Assembly (NCBI GenBank): GCA_030265505.1
Contig: JAJDGD010000002.1
Location: forward strand, 2,155-66,154
Direction: 5' to 3'
DNA from: Ruminococcaceae bacterium OttesenSCG-928-O06
Lineage (GTDB): Bacteria; Bacillota; Clostridia; Oscillospirales; Ruminococcaceae
DNA length: 64,000 nt
The notes beneath the pieces were generated by a model that worked only from the letters and a program-made list of their open reading frames with translations, did no database searches and was not told the DNA's origin. Position 1 is the first letter of the stretch. Each line of letters opens with the position of its first letter. Of this stretch, positions 1 to 9,844 are shown piece by piece. Made by a program: the position numbers and the translations under genes.

Positions 1-584
1 TGTGGGTGTTCAACGCCGAGGAGGTGGCCCGGGCGGTATACCTTGCGGCCACGCCGGTGCTTTCCGCCATTGGGCACGAGACGGACTTTACCATTCTGGA
101 TTTTGTGGCGGACGCACGCGCGCCCACGCCGTCTGCCGCGGCAGAGATGGCCCTGCCGGACATGAGCCAGGAAATGGCGAAAACCATGCATGCTTTTGTG
201 TATATCGCAAATAATATACAGTTTCGCATAGATTCATGGTATAATGTGTTACAAAGGCACAGGCAAGATTTACAGCGGTACAGCCCGCAGAATAAAGCGC
301 GAAATTATGCGAAATATTTGAAGGAGGCCGGCCGACGAGCCCAGCGTGCTGCCAGGCAAGCGTTGGCGGCAAAACAAGGGCAGCTGCAAACGGCGGCAGC
401 CCTTGCCGCAGGGCTGAACCCTTATGCCGTACTGGCCCGTGGGTATAGTGTTGCCACGGCAGGCGGCAAGCCCCTGCACAGCGTGGCCCAGGTGGCACCC
501 GGGGCGGATGTGAGGCTGGTTTTGCCCGATGGCAAGCTAAAATGTAAGGTGCTGGAGAAAACAGAGGAACGGATGGTACCGTGA
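1..584 (+). CDS. xseA: Exodeoxyribonuclease VII large subunit, C-terminal part (5' end outside window)
   Basis: The ORF 6..584 contains the ...[27 protein letters not shown]... motif of the XseA catalytic/C-terminal region. It is followed 2 nt later by xseB, as in the classic Firmicute xseA-xseB-ispA-dxs order. Confidence 0.85.
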   Translation, partial: WVFNAEEVARAVYLAATPVLSAIGHETDFTILDFVADARAPTPSAAAEMALPDMSQEMAKTMHAFVYIANNIQFRIDSWYNVLQRHRQDLQRYSPQNKARNYAKYLKEAGRRAQRAARQALAAKQGQLQTAAALAAGLNPYAVLARGYSVATAGGKPLHSVAQVAPGADVRLVLPDGKLKCKVLEKTEERMVP

Positions 585-585
585 T

Positions 586-807
586 ATGGCAGAGAGTTTG
601 AAGGAATTTGAGGCCTCTATGCAGGGCCTGGAAGCGATATTGGAAAAAATGGAGGACGAGGCCCTGCCGTTGGAGGAGAGCATTGCCCTGTATGCCAAGG
701 CGGCCGGGCTGATAGAAGTATGCAGCAAAGGGCTGCAACAGGCGCAAGTGCAGGTGCAGGAAATAGACGAAAAGCTGCAGCCCTTTCTTGCGGAGGATGC
801 CGAATGA
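586..807 (+). CDS. xseB: Exodeoxyribonuclease VII small subunit
   Basis: A 73-aa ORF, MAESLKEFEASMQGLEAILEKMEDEALPLEESIALY..., matches the typical XseB helical hairpin protein. It lies directly after xseA. Confidence 0.9.
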   Translation: MAESLKEFEASMQGLEAILEKMEDEALPLEESIALYAKAAGLIEVCSKGLQQAQVQVQEIDEKLQPFLAEDAE

Positions 808-1685
808 ACTTTGCGCAGCAGCACAAGCTGTACCAGGCCGGGTGTGAGGACAAGCTGGAAGAGGTTGTAGCGCGTTATTTTACCAAGGGCTCGCAGGTGT
901 CCAGCGCGGCGGCCTATGCGCTGCTGGGCGGGGGCAAGCGGGTGCGCGGCGTGATGGTGCAGGCAGTGTGCGATTTGCTTGGTGGCAGTGCTGCGGCCGC
1001 CCTTGCCTTTGCGGCCGCCATGGAGATGGTGCATGCATTTTCCCTTGTGCACGATGATTTGCCCTGCATGGACGACGACGACTTTCGCCGGGGCAAGCCT
1101 TCCACCCATGTGGCCTTTGGCGAGGCCAACGCCCTGTTGGCGGGCGATATGCTTTTGGCAGAGGCCTTCAGCGTGCTGGCCGATGCGGAATGCAGCGAAG
1201 CGCAGCGTATACTGGCTGTAAAGCTGCTGGGGCGTGCCACGGGCGCTGCGGGTATGATCTACGGGCAGGAGCTGGACCTTGCCTATGAGGATGCCGCCGC
1301 CAGTGCCGAAGTGTTGCAAACCATACATACTCACAAAACCGGGGCGCTGTTCACCTGTGCGGTGCGGCTGGGGCAATTGGCCGCGGGCAGTGCGCCCGGC
1401 AGCGCCGCCGCCCTGGAGGAATACGCGAAAAACGTCGGCCTGGTGTTTCAAATTGTAGACGATATTCTGGACGTCACCTCCACCACAGAAGCCCTGGGCA
1501 AGCCCGTGGGCAGCGACGCCGAAAACGCGAAAAACACCTTTGTCACCTTGCATGGCATACCCGGCGCCCGCAAGGAAGTGCAGCGCCTTACCGGGCAGGC
1601 AGTGGCCGGCCTGCAGGCAAGCTATGGGGACAAGGCGTGGTTTTTAACCGAATACGCAAACCAGCTGGCCGCCCGGGTGAAATGA
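804..1685 (+). CDS. ispA: Polyprenyl (farnesyl/geranylgeranyl) diphosphate synthase
   Basis: The ATG at 804 overlaps the xseB stop codon (ATGA). Both aspartate-rich motifs are present (LVHDDLPCMDDDDFRRGKP and FQIVDDILD). The ORF-track start at 720 is an upstream extension inside xseB. Confidence 0.9.
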   Translation: MNFAQQHKLYQAGCEDKLEEVVARYFTKGSQVSSAAAYALLGGGKRVRGVMVQAVCDLLGGSAAAALAFAAAMEMVHAFSLVHDDLPCMDDDDFRRGKPSTHVAFGEANALLAGDMLLAEAFSVLADAECSEAQRILAVKLLGRATGAAGMIYGQELDLAYEDAAASAEVLQTIHTHKTGALFTCAVRLGQLAAGSAPGSAAALEEYAKNVGLVFQIVDDILDVTSTTEALGKPVGSDAENAKNTFVTLHGIPGARKEVQRLTGQAVAGLQASYGDKAWFLTEYANQLAARVK

Positions 1686-1701
1686 GGCACATTGTAATAA
1701 G

Positions 1702-2160
1702 ATGAACATGATACAACGCCTGTTTTTTGGCAATTACTTATTGATGCTGCCTGTGCTTGGTTGGGTAATTGCCCAGCTGGCCAAGGCGGTGATCCACCGC
1801 ATTGTGCACGGCACCTTTAGGGCAGAGCGGCTGTTTGGTTCAGGCGGGATGCCCAGCAGCCATGCCGCCCTGGTGTGCGCCCTGTTTGTAGGGGCGGCAA
1901 AAAAATACGGCATGGCGTCGCCTTACTTTGCCATAGCCTTTGTGCTGGCCGCCATTGTGATGTACGACGCCATGGGCGTGCGGCTGGAAACCGGTAAGCA
2001 GGCCCGCCTTTTAAACCTGATTATGGACGACTTGGGGGATGAAAAGGAAGAGTGGGACAGCGAGAAACGCCTGAAGGAACTGGTGGGGCACACCCCGCTT
2101 CAGGTGTTAAGCGGCGCGCTGCTGGGGGTGCTGCTGGCAATTTTGATTCCCGTATTTTAA
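1702..2160 (+). CDS. Divergent PAP2 family membrane protein (DUF212/YuiD-like)
   Basis: A 152-aa hydrophobic protein containing ...GGMPSSHAALV... and ...MYDAMGVR..., motifs typical of the acid phosphatase/vanadium haloperoxidase-related DUF212 family. Confidence 0.7.
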   Translation: MNMIQRLFFGNYLLMLPVLGWVIAQLAKAVIHRIVHGTFRAERLFGSGGMPSSHAALVCALFVGAAKKYGMASPYFAIAFVLAAIVMYDAMGVRLETGKQARLLNLIMDDLGDEKEEWDSEKRLKELVGHTPLQVLSGALLGVLLAILIPVF

Positions 2161-2178
2161 CGTTCGCAAGAGGAAGAT

Positions 2179-4065
2179 ATGGAATACAGGCTGCTTGAAA
2201 AAGTGCACAGCCCGCAGGACTTGAAACGCATGGACCTGCGGGAGCTGGAAGTACTGTGCCGGGAAATACGGCACTTTTTGATTGAGAACGTCTCCAAAAC
2301 CGGGGGGCATTTGTCCTCCAATTTGGGGATGATAGAAGTGACGGTGGCGCTGCACCGCTTTTTGAATACCCCGGTGGACGCCATTGTGTTTGACGTAGGG
2401 CACCAAAGCTATACCCACAAGCTGCTTACCGGCCGCAGAGAGGGCTTTGACAAGCTGCGGGCCAAAGGGGGGCTTTCCGGCTTTCCCAGCCCGCAAGAGA
2501 GTGCGCACGATGCTTTCATTACGGGGCACGGCAGCACATCGCTTTCTGTGGCGGTGGGCCTGGCCCGGGCCCGAAAAATGCAAAACCAGCCCGGGCTGGT
2601 GGTGGCTGTGCTGGGCGACGGTGCCTTCACCGGGGGCATGGTATACGAAGGTATGAACAATATTGGCGAGCTGGACAACCTTGTGGTGATTTTGAACGAC
2701 AACGAGATGTCCATTTCCAAAAATGTGGGCGCGGTGGCGCAATACCTTACGCGGCTGCGCACCAGCCCAACATACTACCGCGCAAAAAAAGATGTGAAGA
2801 ACGCGCTGGACCATACCCCTGTCATCGGCAGCGGCATAGTGCGGGGCATACAGGGGATGAAGGCCGCCCTGCGCAAAACGCTGTACAGCTCCACCTTTTT
2901 TGAGGAGATGGGCCTGCGGTATGTGGGCCCGCTGGACGGGCATGACCTGCCCGCGTTGTGCGAAGTGGTTTCCTCGCTGCCTACGCTGCACAAGCCCTTG
3001 TTTTTACATGTGGAAACGCACAAGGGCAAGGGCTTTGTGCCGGCGGAGAAAAACCCCGGGGCCTTCCATGGGGTGTCCTCTTTCAACGCCGCCGAGGTGA
3101 CCGACCCGGAGATGTCCCCCAGTGATTCTTTTTCCACCGTGTTTGGCCAGAAGCTGGCAAAGCTGGCCGCGGGGGATGAACGCATTTGTGCCATCACGGC
3201 GGCCATGAAGTACGGCACCGGCCTGCAGTATATGAAAAAGCAGCACTTGGCACGTTTTTTTGATGTAGGTATGGCAGAGGAACACGCCGTTACTTTTGCG
3301 GCTGCCCTGGCGGCGGGGGGCATGCGGCCTGTAGTGGCCATTTACTCCACTTTTTTACAGCGCGCGTATGACCAAATTATCCACGATGTGATGTTGGGCG
3401 GGCAGGACGTACTGTTCGCCATTGACCGCGCGGGCCTTGTGCCGGGCGATGGCGAGACCCACCAGGGCATTTACGATGCGGCGTTTTTGAGCCAGCAGCC
3501 GGATCTTCCGGTGTTTTCCCCCAGCAACTATACCGAGCTGGACTATTGGCTGGAGAAGCTGCTGGCAGAGTATCGCGGGCCGCGGGCCATCCGCTACCCG
3601 CGCGGCAAAGAGGATGCAGCCCTTGCCGGGCAGCCCTGCACCGGCAACAAGTGGGACCGTGTGGTGGAAACCAAAGGCGCAAAAGTGGCGCTGGTAAGCT
3701 ATGGCACCGAGATTGCCGAGGCCCGCGCCGCGGCCGTGCTGTTGCAGGGGGAAAAGCTTCCCGCCGACGTATACCAGATGGTGCAGATAAACCCCTTGCC
3801 CGAAGGCCTGAGCGAGGCGCTGAAGAGCAGGGGCTATAAACTGGTGCTGTTTGCCGAGGAAGGTGTGGGGCAAGGGGGCATAGGGGAGCATTTGGCCCTG
3901 CAGTTGTTGCAGGCAGGCTTTAAGGGCCGGTTTGTACACCGGGCCTTGGTAAGCAACCGGATAGACCACGCCACTTTGCCCCAGTTGCGACAGGACGCCG
4001 GGCTAGATGCCCTAAGCCTTGCCGCCGCCGTGCGAAACGAAATGGGGCGCGGCCATGAGGCTTGA
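2179..4065 (+). CDS. dxs: 1-deoxy-D-xylulose-5-phosphate synthase
   Basis: 628 aa. The N-terminus LLEKVHSPQDLKRM...LCREIR.FLIENVSKTGGHLSSNLG and the GDGAFTGGMVYEGMNN thiamine-diphosphate motif are canonical for Dxs. Confidence 0.95.
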   Translation: MEYRLLEKVHSPQDLKRMDLRELEVLCREIRHFLIENVSKTGGHLSSNLGMIEVTVALHRFLNTPVDAIVFDVGHQSYTHKLLTGRREGFDKLRAKGGLSGFPSPQESAHDAFITGHGSTSLSVAVGLARARKMQNQPGLVVAVLGDGAFTGGMVYEGMNNIGELDNLVVILNDNEMSISKNVGAVAQYLTRLRTSPTYYRAKKDVKNALDHTPVIGSGIVRGIQGMKAALRKTLYSSTFFEEMGLRYVGPLDGHDLPALCEVVSSLPTLHKPLFLHVETHKGKGFVPAEKNPGAFHGVSSFNAAEVTDPEMSPSDSFSTVFGQKLAKLAAGDERICAITAAMKYGTGLQYMKKQHLARFFDVGMAEEHAVTFAAALAAGGMRPVVAIYSTFLQRAYDQIIHDVMLGGQDVLFAIDRAGLVPGDGETHQGIYDAAFLSQQPDLPVFSPSNYTELDYWLEKLLAEYRGPRAIRYPRGKEDAALAGQPCTGNKWDRVVETKGAKVALVSYGTEIAEARAAAVLLQGEKLPADVYQMVQINPLPEGLSEALKSRGYKLVLFAEEGVGQGGIGEHLALQLLQAGFKGRFVHRALVSNRIDHATLPQLRQDAGLDALSLAAAVRNEMGRGHEA

Positions 4066-4855
4066 CCAGTACTTGCTGGAGCAAAACCTTGTACCCAGCC
4101 GCGAGCGGGGGCGGGCCCTTATTATGGCCGGGCAGGTGTATGTAAACGACGTCAAGGCGGAAAAAGCCGGCCAGGCGGTGCCGCCGGATGCCCGGGTGGA
4201 ACTGCGCGGCGCAGACATACCCTATGTAAGCCGGGGCGGGCTGAAGCTGGAAAAGGCGCTACAGGTGTTTGGTGCCTCGCCCGCCGGGTGCATTTGCATG
4301 GACGCAGGGGCCTCTACCGGGGGGTTCACCGACTGTATGCTGCAAAACGGCGCCGCCAAGGTGTACGCGGTGGACGTGGGCTACGGCCAGCTTGCCTGGA
4401 AGTTGCGCAATGACGCACGGGTGGTTGTGATGGAACGCACCAATATCCGCACGTTGGACCTCGCCGCTATCCCGGAAGCTATCGGCTTTTTTACGGTGGA
4501 TGTATCCTTTATCTCCCTGAAGCTGGTGCTGCCGGTGCTGGCAGAGCTTACGCCGGCGGGGGCCGAAGGGGTGTGCCTGGTGAAGCCGCAGTTCGAGGCC
4601 GGCCGGGACAAAGTGGGAAAAAACGGCGTGATACGGGACGCGAACGTGCACCAGGACGTGTTACAAAAATGTGCCATATATGCAAATGATGCCGGTTTTG
4701 ACGTACTGAATATTGATTTTTCCCCCATAACTGGCCCCAAGGGCAACATGGAGTTTTTACTGCATGTGCGCCGTGCAAAACAGGGTGAGGCCCCCTTGCC
4801 GCTGGAGGACACCTTGGCCCAACAGGTGGTTGCCGCTGCCCACAATACACTGTGA
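4055..4855 (+). CDS. tlyA: TlyA family rRNA (cytidine-2'-O)-methyltransferase
   Basis: The internal ATG at 4055 gives MRLDQYLLEQNLVPSRERGRALIMAGQVYVN (S4 domain), followed by an FtsJ-type SAM fold (DAGASTGGFTD). It overlaps the dxs stop by 11 nt. Confidence 0.85.
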   Translation: MRLDQYLLEQNLVPSRERGRALIMAGQVYVNDVKAEKAGQAVPPDARVELRGADIPYVSRGGLKLEKALQVFGASPAGCICMDAGASTGGFTDCMLQNGAAKVYAVDVGYGQLAWKLRNDARVVVMERTNIRTLDLAAIPEAIGFFTVDVSFISLKLVLPVLAELTPAGAEGVCLVKPQFEAGRDKVGKNGVIRDANVHQDVLQKCAIYANDAGFDVLNIDFSPITGPKGNMEFLLHVRRAKQGEAPLPLEDTLAQQVVAAAHNTL

Positions 4856-4865
4856 AGGAGAGGCC

Positions 4866-5711
4866 ATGAAGGTTCTTCTCATCCCAAACCTCAATAAGCC
4901 CTCTGCGCTGGAGGTGCTGCACAAGGCCGGAGACATCCTTGTGCAAAACGGCGCCTTGCTGCTGATGGAGGCCGCCGACATTCCCCACGCAAAACCCGCG
5001 TGGAATGCGACAGCGTGCCCCGCGGGTGAAGGCTTTGCCGCCTGCGACATGGTGCTTACCATTGGGGGAGACGGCACCATGCTGCACGCGGCCCGGCACA
5101 CCATGCGCACGGGCAAGCCGCTTTTGGGCATCAACACCGGGCGGCTGGGGTTTTTGACGTCTATTGAGAGCAACGAAGTGGAAAAGCTGCACCGCCTTGC
5201 CAAGGGCGAGTACCTGATACAGCAACGCAGTGTGCTGTGCGCCACAACACAAGCGCGCAAAGACGTATACTATGCCCTGAACGATGTCGTGCTATGTAAA
5301 TATGCACCCGAACGCGCCATCTCCCTGCACATCCACTGCGACGACATTTTGGTGAGCCGTTTCCGCGGCGACGGCGTGATTTTTGCCACGCCCACCGGCT
5401 CCACTGCCTACTCCATGAGTGCCGGTGGCCCCATTGTGGACGCGGCCCTGGGGGGCATTGTGGTTACGCAGATATGCGCCCACATTGTGCACACGCCGCC
5501 GCTGGTGTTTGCCCCTGCGCGTATTTTGCAGGTGCAAAGCTGCGGCACACCGGAGGAAGCAGTATTTTTAAGCTGCGACGGGGCGCAGAATATCGTTTTG
5601 GAACACGGGGAGACCGTAACCATTGCCCAGGCGGACAAAACCGTGCCGTTGGTCCAGTTCAACGAGGCAGAACAGCTGATGTCTATCGATACGAAGCTGA
5701 AGGGGAGGTAG
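4866..5711 (+). CDS. nadK: NAD(+) kinase
   Basis: The ATG at 4866 follows GAAGGAGAGG. The protein starts MKVLLIPN and carries the GGDGTML motif and the conserved C-terminal NAD kinase region. The ORF-track start at 4764 is an upstream extension. Confidence 0.9.
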   Translation: MKVLLIPNLNKPSALEVLHKAGDILVQNGALLLMEAADIPHAKPAWNATACPAGEGFAACDMVLTIGGDGTMLHAARHTMRTGKPLLGINTGRLGFLTSIESNEVEKLHRLAKGEYLIQQRSVLCATTQARKDVYYALNDVVLCKYAPERAISLHIHCDDILVSRFRGDGVIFATPTGSTAYSMSAGGPIVDAALGGIVVTQICAHIVHTPPLVFAPARILQVQSCGTPEEAVFLSCDGAQNIVLEHGETVTIAQADKTVPLVQFNEAEQLMSIDTKLKGR

Positions 5712-5717
5712 CATGCC

Positions 5718-6185
5718 ATGAAGAATGCACGACAGGCGAAGATCCTGGAGCTGATTGAGCACAACTCTATCGACAGGCAGGAGGAACTGCTGGCCCGGCT
5801 AAGAGAGGTTGGCTACAATGTGACACAAGCCACAGTATCTCGTGACATTAGGGAGTTGCATCTTGTGAAAGCTGCCACGGGGGATGGGCGGTACCGCTAT
5901 GTTGCGTCTTTCCAGCGCGAGAAGCTGCACCATGCCCCCAGCCGGTTTGAGACAATTTTCCGTGAGGCGGTGGTGAAGATAGACCACGCGGGAAACATTG
6001 TACTGGTGAAGTGCTTTACAGGCATGGCCAACGCCGCGTGCGAGCTGTTTGACTCCATGGTATGGAACGAGGTGGTAGGCACCCTTTCCGGCGACGACAC
6101 GTTTATTGTTATCACCCGGGATGAAGCGTCTGCCACCGCCTTGCACGACCAACTGATGCCCTACACAACCAAACGCCAGGGGTAA
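5718..6185 (+). CDS. argR: Arginine repressor
   Basis: 155 aa, with MKNARQAKILELIEHNSIDRQEELLARL...TQATVSRDIRELHLVK (winged helix) and a C-terminal oligomerisation domain (GTLSGDDTFIVI). Confidence 0.9.
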   Translation: MKNARQAKILELIEHNSIDRQEELLARLREVGYNVTQATVSRDIRELHLVKAATGDGRYRYVASFQREKLHHAPSRFETIFREAVVKIDHAGNIVLVKCFTGMANAACELFDSMVWNEVVGTLSGDDTFIVITRDEASATALHDQLMPYTTKRQG

Positions 6186-6196
6186 AAGGAAACGCC

Positions 6197-7867
6197 ATGC
6201 TGTGTGAAATCACCATTGAAAATGTGGCCGTGATAGAGAGGGCCGGGGCGGCGTTCTCGCAGGGGTTTACCGTGCTTACCGGCGAGACCGGGGCCGGCAA
6301 GTCCATCCTCATCGACTCCATCAACGCTATTTTAGGCAGCCGCACCAGCCGGGACATTGTGCGGGCCGGGGCATCGCGGGCCGCGGTGTGGGCCAGCTTT
6401 ACCCATTTGCCGAAGGACATGCTGGCGCGTCTGGCCGACGCCGGGTATGAGATGGAAGACGAACTGCTGCTGCACCGCGAGATTTCTGCAGACGGCAAAA
6501 GCACCTGCCGGGTGAACGGTGCGCCGGCCACCGCCGCCATCTTGCGGGATATCTGTGGAGACCTTGTCAACATCCACGGCCAGCACGACAACCAAAGCCT
6601 GTTGAACCCCGCCAGGCACATCGATATTTTAGACACCTTTGCGCAAAATTCCCGTCTGCTGGAGGAATATTATACCGCCTACCGGGCCTATAGCGCCCTG
6701 CAAAAGGAAATGGACGCCCTGCACATGGACGAAAGCGAGCGTTTGCGCCGGGTAGACCTGCTACGCTTTGAGGTGGAAGAGATAGATGCGGCGCAGCTGC
6801 AGCCGGGCGAGGAAGAACAACTGGTGGAGCAACGCAACATTGTGCTGCATGCGCGGCGCATTATGAGCGCGCTGGAGAATGCCTACCTGCTGTTGAGCGG
6901 TGGCGACGAGGACGAGGGCGCGGCCACACAGCTTTCCCGCGCGGCAGAGGAGATGGCCGACGCCGCGGGTTACGCCGCAGAGCTTGCCCCGTTTGCCGAG
7001 AGCCTGCGGGAGACCTATTACGCCATGGCAGAGCTTGCGTCGGACCTGCAGCACCGCGTGCAGGACTATGCCTTCGAAGGAGGCTCCCTGGAGGAGCTGG
7101 AGGGGCGGTTGGATACCATCTACCGGCTGAAAAGTAAGTACGGCGGCAGCACCGAGGCCGTGCTGTCCTATGGCGACAACGCCCGCGGGCAGCTGGAACA
7201 GATGGAGGGCAGCACCGAACGCCTGGCAGCCCTGGCCGCACAGCTGCCCGGGGCCCAAAAAGAGATGGAACGCCTTGCCGCCGCGCTTACGAAGGCCCGC
7301 AAAGAGGCGTTTGGCCGCTTGAATGCAGAAATTAGCGAGGCCCTGGCCTACCTGAACATGCCGGGCATCACCATGGTGCTGGCGGAAAAAACCGTGCCGT
7401 GCGGGCCGCGCGGCGCAGATGAAATGGAGTTCTACATTGCCACCAACCCCGGGGAAACACCAAAGCCTCTGGCCAAAATTGCCTCCGGGGGCGAGCTTGC
7501 CCGCATTATGCTGGCGATAAAAAGCGCCCTGGCAGACAGGGACGCCGTGCCCACCGTCATCTACGACGAGATAGACACCGGCATCTCCGGGCTTGCGGCG
7601 GGGCGCATCGGGCAGCTTTTGCGCAGCACCGCCAAGGGTAGGCAGGTCATCTGCGTTACCCACACGGCCCAAATCGCCGCTTTTGCCCAGCGCCATTTAC
7701 TGATAGAAAAAACCGTGCGGGACGGGCGCACCTACACGGAGATACGCGAGCTTGATGACGCCGAGCGTGTGGAGGAACTGGCGCGCATTATCTCGGGCGA
7801 TGCCATCACCGACATAGCCCGCGCCAACGCGCGCGAAATGCTGCAGCTTGCGGCCGAAAAGCGTTGA
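6197..7867 (+). CDS. recN: DNA repair protein RecN
   Basis: 556 aa, with an N-terminal Walker A (LTGETGAGKSIL), long coiled coils and a C-terminal signature (ASGGELARIMLAIK...DEIDTGISG). Confidence 0.95.
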   Translation: MLCEITIENVAVIERAGAAFSQGFTVLTGETGAGKSILIDSINAILGSRTSRDIVRAGASRAAVWASFTHLPKDMLARLADAGYEMEDELLLHREISADGKSTCRVNGAPATAAILRDICGDLVNIHGQHDNQSLLNPARHIDILDTFAQNSRLLEEYYTAYRAYSALQKEMDALHMDESERLRRVDLLRFEVEEIDAAQLQPGEEEQLVEQRNIVLHARRIMSALENAYLLLSGGDEDEGAATQLSRAAEEMADAAGYAAELAPFAESLRETYYAMAELASDLQHRVQDYAFEGGSLEELEGRLDTIYRLKSKYGGSTEAVLSYGDNARGQLEQMEGSTERLAALAAQLPGAQKEMERLAAALTKARKEAFGRLNAEISEALAYLNMPGITMVLAEKTVPCGPRGADEMEFYIATNPGETPKPLAKIASGGELARIMLAIKSALADRDAVPTVIYDEIDTGISGLAAGRIGQLLRSTAKGRQVICVTHTAQIAAFAQRHLLIEKTVRDGRTYTEIRELDDAERVEELARIISGDAITDIARANAREMLQLAAEKR

Positions 7868-7892
7868 CATTTTGCGCATCTTTCGCTATAAT
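7864..7892 (+). promoter_or_regulatory. Sigma-A type promoter for the tyrS leader
   Basis: TTGACA (7864-7869), an exact 17-nt spacer, then TATAAT (7887-7892). It overlaps the recN stop codon. Confidence 0.6.
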
Positions 7893-7898
7893 TGCGGA

Positions 7899-8166
7899 CA
7901 TACACGAAAGCGATGAGGGGAAACAGTACCCCCGTTTTGCCCGGCAAGAGAGGCCCCGGTTGGTGCAAGGGGAGGCGGGCAGGCGCGGCGAATACATCCC
8001 GGAGCAGCAGAGCCGAACCTTTACGAAGTAGGCCATGCCGTTTGGCACGCGTTACTGTGCCCAAGGAACCATGCGTTCCTTACAAGGCCGCTGCCCGCGA
8101 GGGCGCGGTGAACAGAGGTGGTACCGCGGACATTCGCCCTCTGCCAAACGGCAGGGGGCGTTTTAT
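7899..8166 (+). promoter_or_regulatory. T-box riboswitch leader, tyrosine specifier (UAC)
   Basis: A stem I GA/AGAGA-like region (GCGATGAGG...CAAGAGAGG) is present. A candidate specifier loop carries TAC at 8022-8024, followed by GAAGTAGG. The conserved T-box sequence AACAGAGGTGGTACCGCGG lies at 8111-8129. A terminator hairpin CGCCCTCTGCC-AAAC-GGCAGGGGGCG plus TTTTAT lies at 8135-8166. The downstream gene is tyrS. Confidence 0.8.
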
Positions 8167-8317
8167 ATGCCAAAGAAGAAAAATGCTTGAAATCGTGATT
8201 TTTTTGTAACCAAACAAGGTGGAAAAGCATAAGGTTTGACACCACCCCTTGGGCGAAATGTGCGCCGAAGCTATAAAGCGGGGGCTGCCTGGCCCCTGAG
8301 ACAGGATTCTTTTGTTA

Positions 8318-8346
8318 TTGACAACCAACAACCGTTCACATATTGT
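8318..8346 (+). promoter_or_regulatory. Candidate second promoter between the T-box terminator and tyrS
   Basis: TTGACA (8318-8323), a 17-nt spacer, then TATTGT (8341-8346), ending 37 nt upstream of the tyrS ATG. This is sequence-motif evidence only. Confidence 0.3.
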
Positions 8347-8382
8347 AACCATGTAAAATGCCCCACCAAGGAGGAAAAACCA

Positions 8383-9612
8383 ATGGCAAACGTATTCGAC
8401 ACATTACAGCAGCGCGGCCTTGTGGCCCAGGCCACCGACGCCGACGCCATCCGCCGGATTTTGGGCAGTGAGGAAGTGACCTTTTACATCGGCATAGACG
8501 CCACGGCCGACAGCCTGCATGTGGGCCACTTTTTGCAGCTGGTGGTGATGCGCCACCTGCAACTGGCCGGGCACAAGCCCATTGTGCTTTTGGGTGGCGG
8601 CACCACGCTGATTGGCGACCCCACCGGCAAAAGCGACATGCGCCGGATGATGACGCGCGAAGAGATTGACTACAACGCCGAACGCTTCAAGCAGCAGATG
8701 CAGAAATTCATCGAGTTTGGCGAGGACAAGGCTATTATTGTGAACAATGCCGACTGGCTGCTGGATTTGAACTATATGGAGTTTTTGCGCGAGGTGGGTG
8801 TACACTTCAGCGTGAACAAGATGCTGGCCACAGAGGCCTTCAAGGCGCGGATGGAGCGCGGGCTGTCCTTTATGGAACTGAACTACATGCTGCTGCAAAG
8901 CTACGACTTTTTGCATTTGTTCCGCACTTACAACTGCAAGATGCAGTTTGGCGGCAACGACCAATGGGCCAATATCATCAGCGGGGTGGATTTGATACGC
9001 CGCAAAGAGGAGAAGGAGGCCTATGGCCTTACCTTTACCCTGCTTACCAACCGCGAGGGTAAAAAGATGGGCAAAACAGAGCAGGGTACCGTGTGGTTGG
9101 ACCCTGAAAAGATGTCTCCCTATGACTTTTTCCAATACTGGCGCAACATAGACGACGGCGACGTGCAAAACTGCATGCGCCTGCTTACAGATATCCCCCT
9201 GGAGGAGATTGCCGCGGTGCAGGAGAACGACGGCGCGTCTATCAACGCGGCGAAGGAGCGCCTGGCCCATGAACTGACGCAGGTGGTGCACAGCCAAGAG
9301 GAGGCCGACAATGCCCGCGAGACCGCCCGCGGCCTGTTTGGCAAGGGCGCTGCGGACGAAAACATTCCCACCACAACCTTAAGTGCCGCCCAGGTGCCCG
9401 GTGGGCAGATAGCCGTGCTGGACCTGCTTGTGGCCTGTGGGCTTACCGCCAGCAAAGGCGAGGGCCGCCGCCTGGTGGAGCAGGGGGGCCTGCGCCTGGA
9501 CGACGAGAAGGTGGAGGAGATAGACGCCGTGGTAAACGCCGAGGCCCTGGTGCGCGGGGTGATTCTTCGTAAAGGGAAAAAGGTGTACCACAAGGCCGTG
9601 CTGCAGCAGTAG
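8383..9612 (+). CDS. tyrS: Tyrosine--tRNA ligase
   Basis: The ATG at 8383 follows AGGAGG. The protein starts MANVFDTLQQRGLV, has a HIGH-type motif (SLHVGHF), KMGKT (the KMSKS equivalent) and a C-terminal S4 domain. The ORF-track start at 8236 is a leader extension. Confidence 0.95.
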   Translation: MANVFDTLQQRGLVAQATDADAIRRILGSEEVTFYIGIDATADSLHVGHFLQLVVMRHLQLAGHKPIVLLGGGTTLIGDPTGKSDMRRMMTREEIDYNAERFKQQMQKFIEFGEDKAIIVNNADWLLDLNYMEFLREVGVHFSVNKMLATEAFKARMERGLSFMELNYMLLQSYDFLHLFRTYNCKMQFGGNDQWANIISGVDLIRRKEEKEAYGLTFTLLTNREGKKMGKTEQGTVWLDPEKMSPYDFFQYWRNIDDGDVQNCMRLLTDIPLEEIAAVQENDGASINAAKERLAHELTQVVHSQEEADNARETARGLFGKGAADENIPTTTLSAAQVPGGQIAVLDLLVACGLTASKGEGRRLVEQGGLRLDDEKVEEIDAVVNAEALVRGVILRKGKKVYHKAVLQQ

Positions 9613-9708
9613 GAGACGGGGGTTGGGTAGGGCAGTGCGCATGTAGTACATCCGGCACCGGCCCTTGCCGGCCCGCATGTATTGTCCTTTCCGAGAAGAC
9701 CACAGCAA

Positions 9709-9766
9709 TAAAAAGCATCTGCCATACCCGCAGCACATTGCGGTATGGCAGATGCTTTTCTTTTTG
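9709..9766. terminator. Bidirectional intrinsic terminator (tyrS / ACT-domain gene)
   Basis: A long hairpin, AAAGCATCTGCCATACC(C)GC-loop-GCGGTATGGCAGATGCTTT, has an A-run on its 5' side and TTTTCTTTTT on its 3' side. It sits between convergent genes. Confidence 0.7.
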
Positions 9767-9844
9767 TCTTGCCGGCTTTGTGCCGGTGGCCATGGTGCGT
9801 GTTGTCGTAACCCGCGCCGGGGCTCTTTCGCTTGGGCGGCCAGC

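Noticed and set aside
8167-8190. A 7-codon ORF (MPKKKNA*) immediately after the T-box terminator.
   Set aside because: It is too short, has no ribosome-binding site, and overlaps the terminator U-tract. It is most likely fortuitous.
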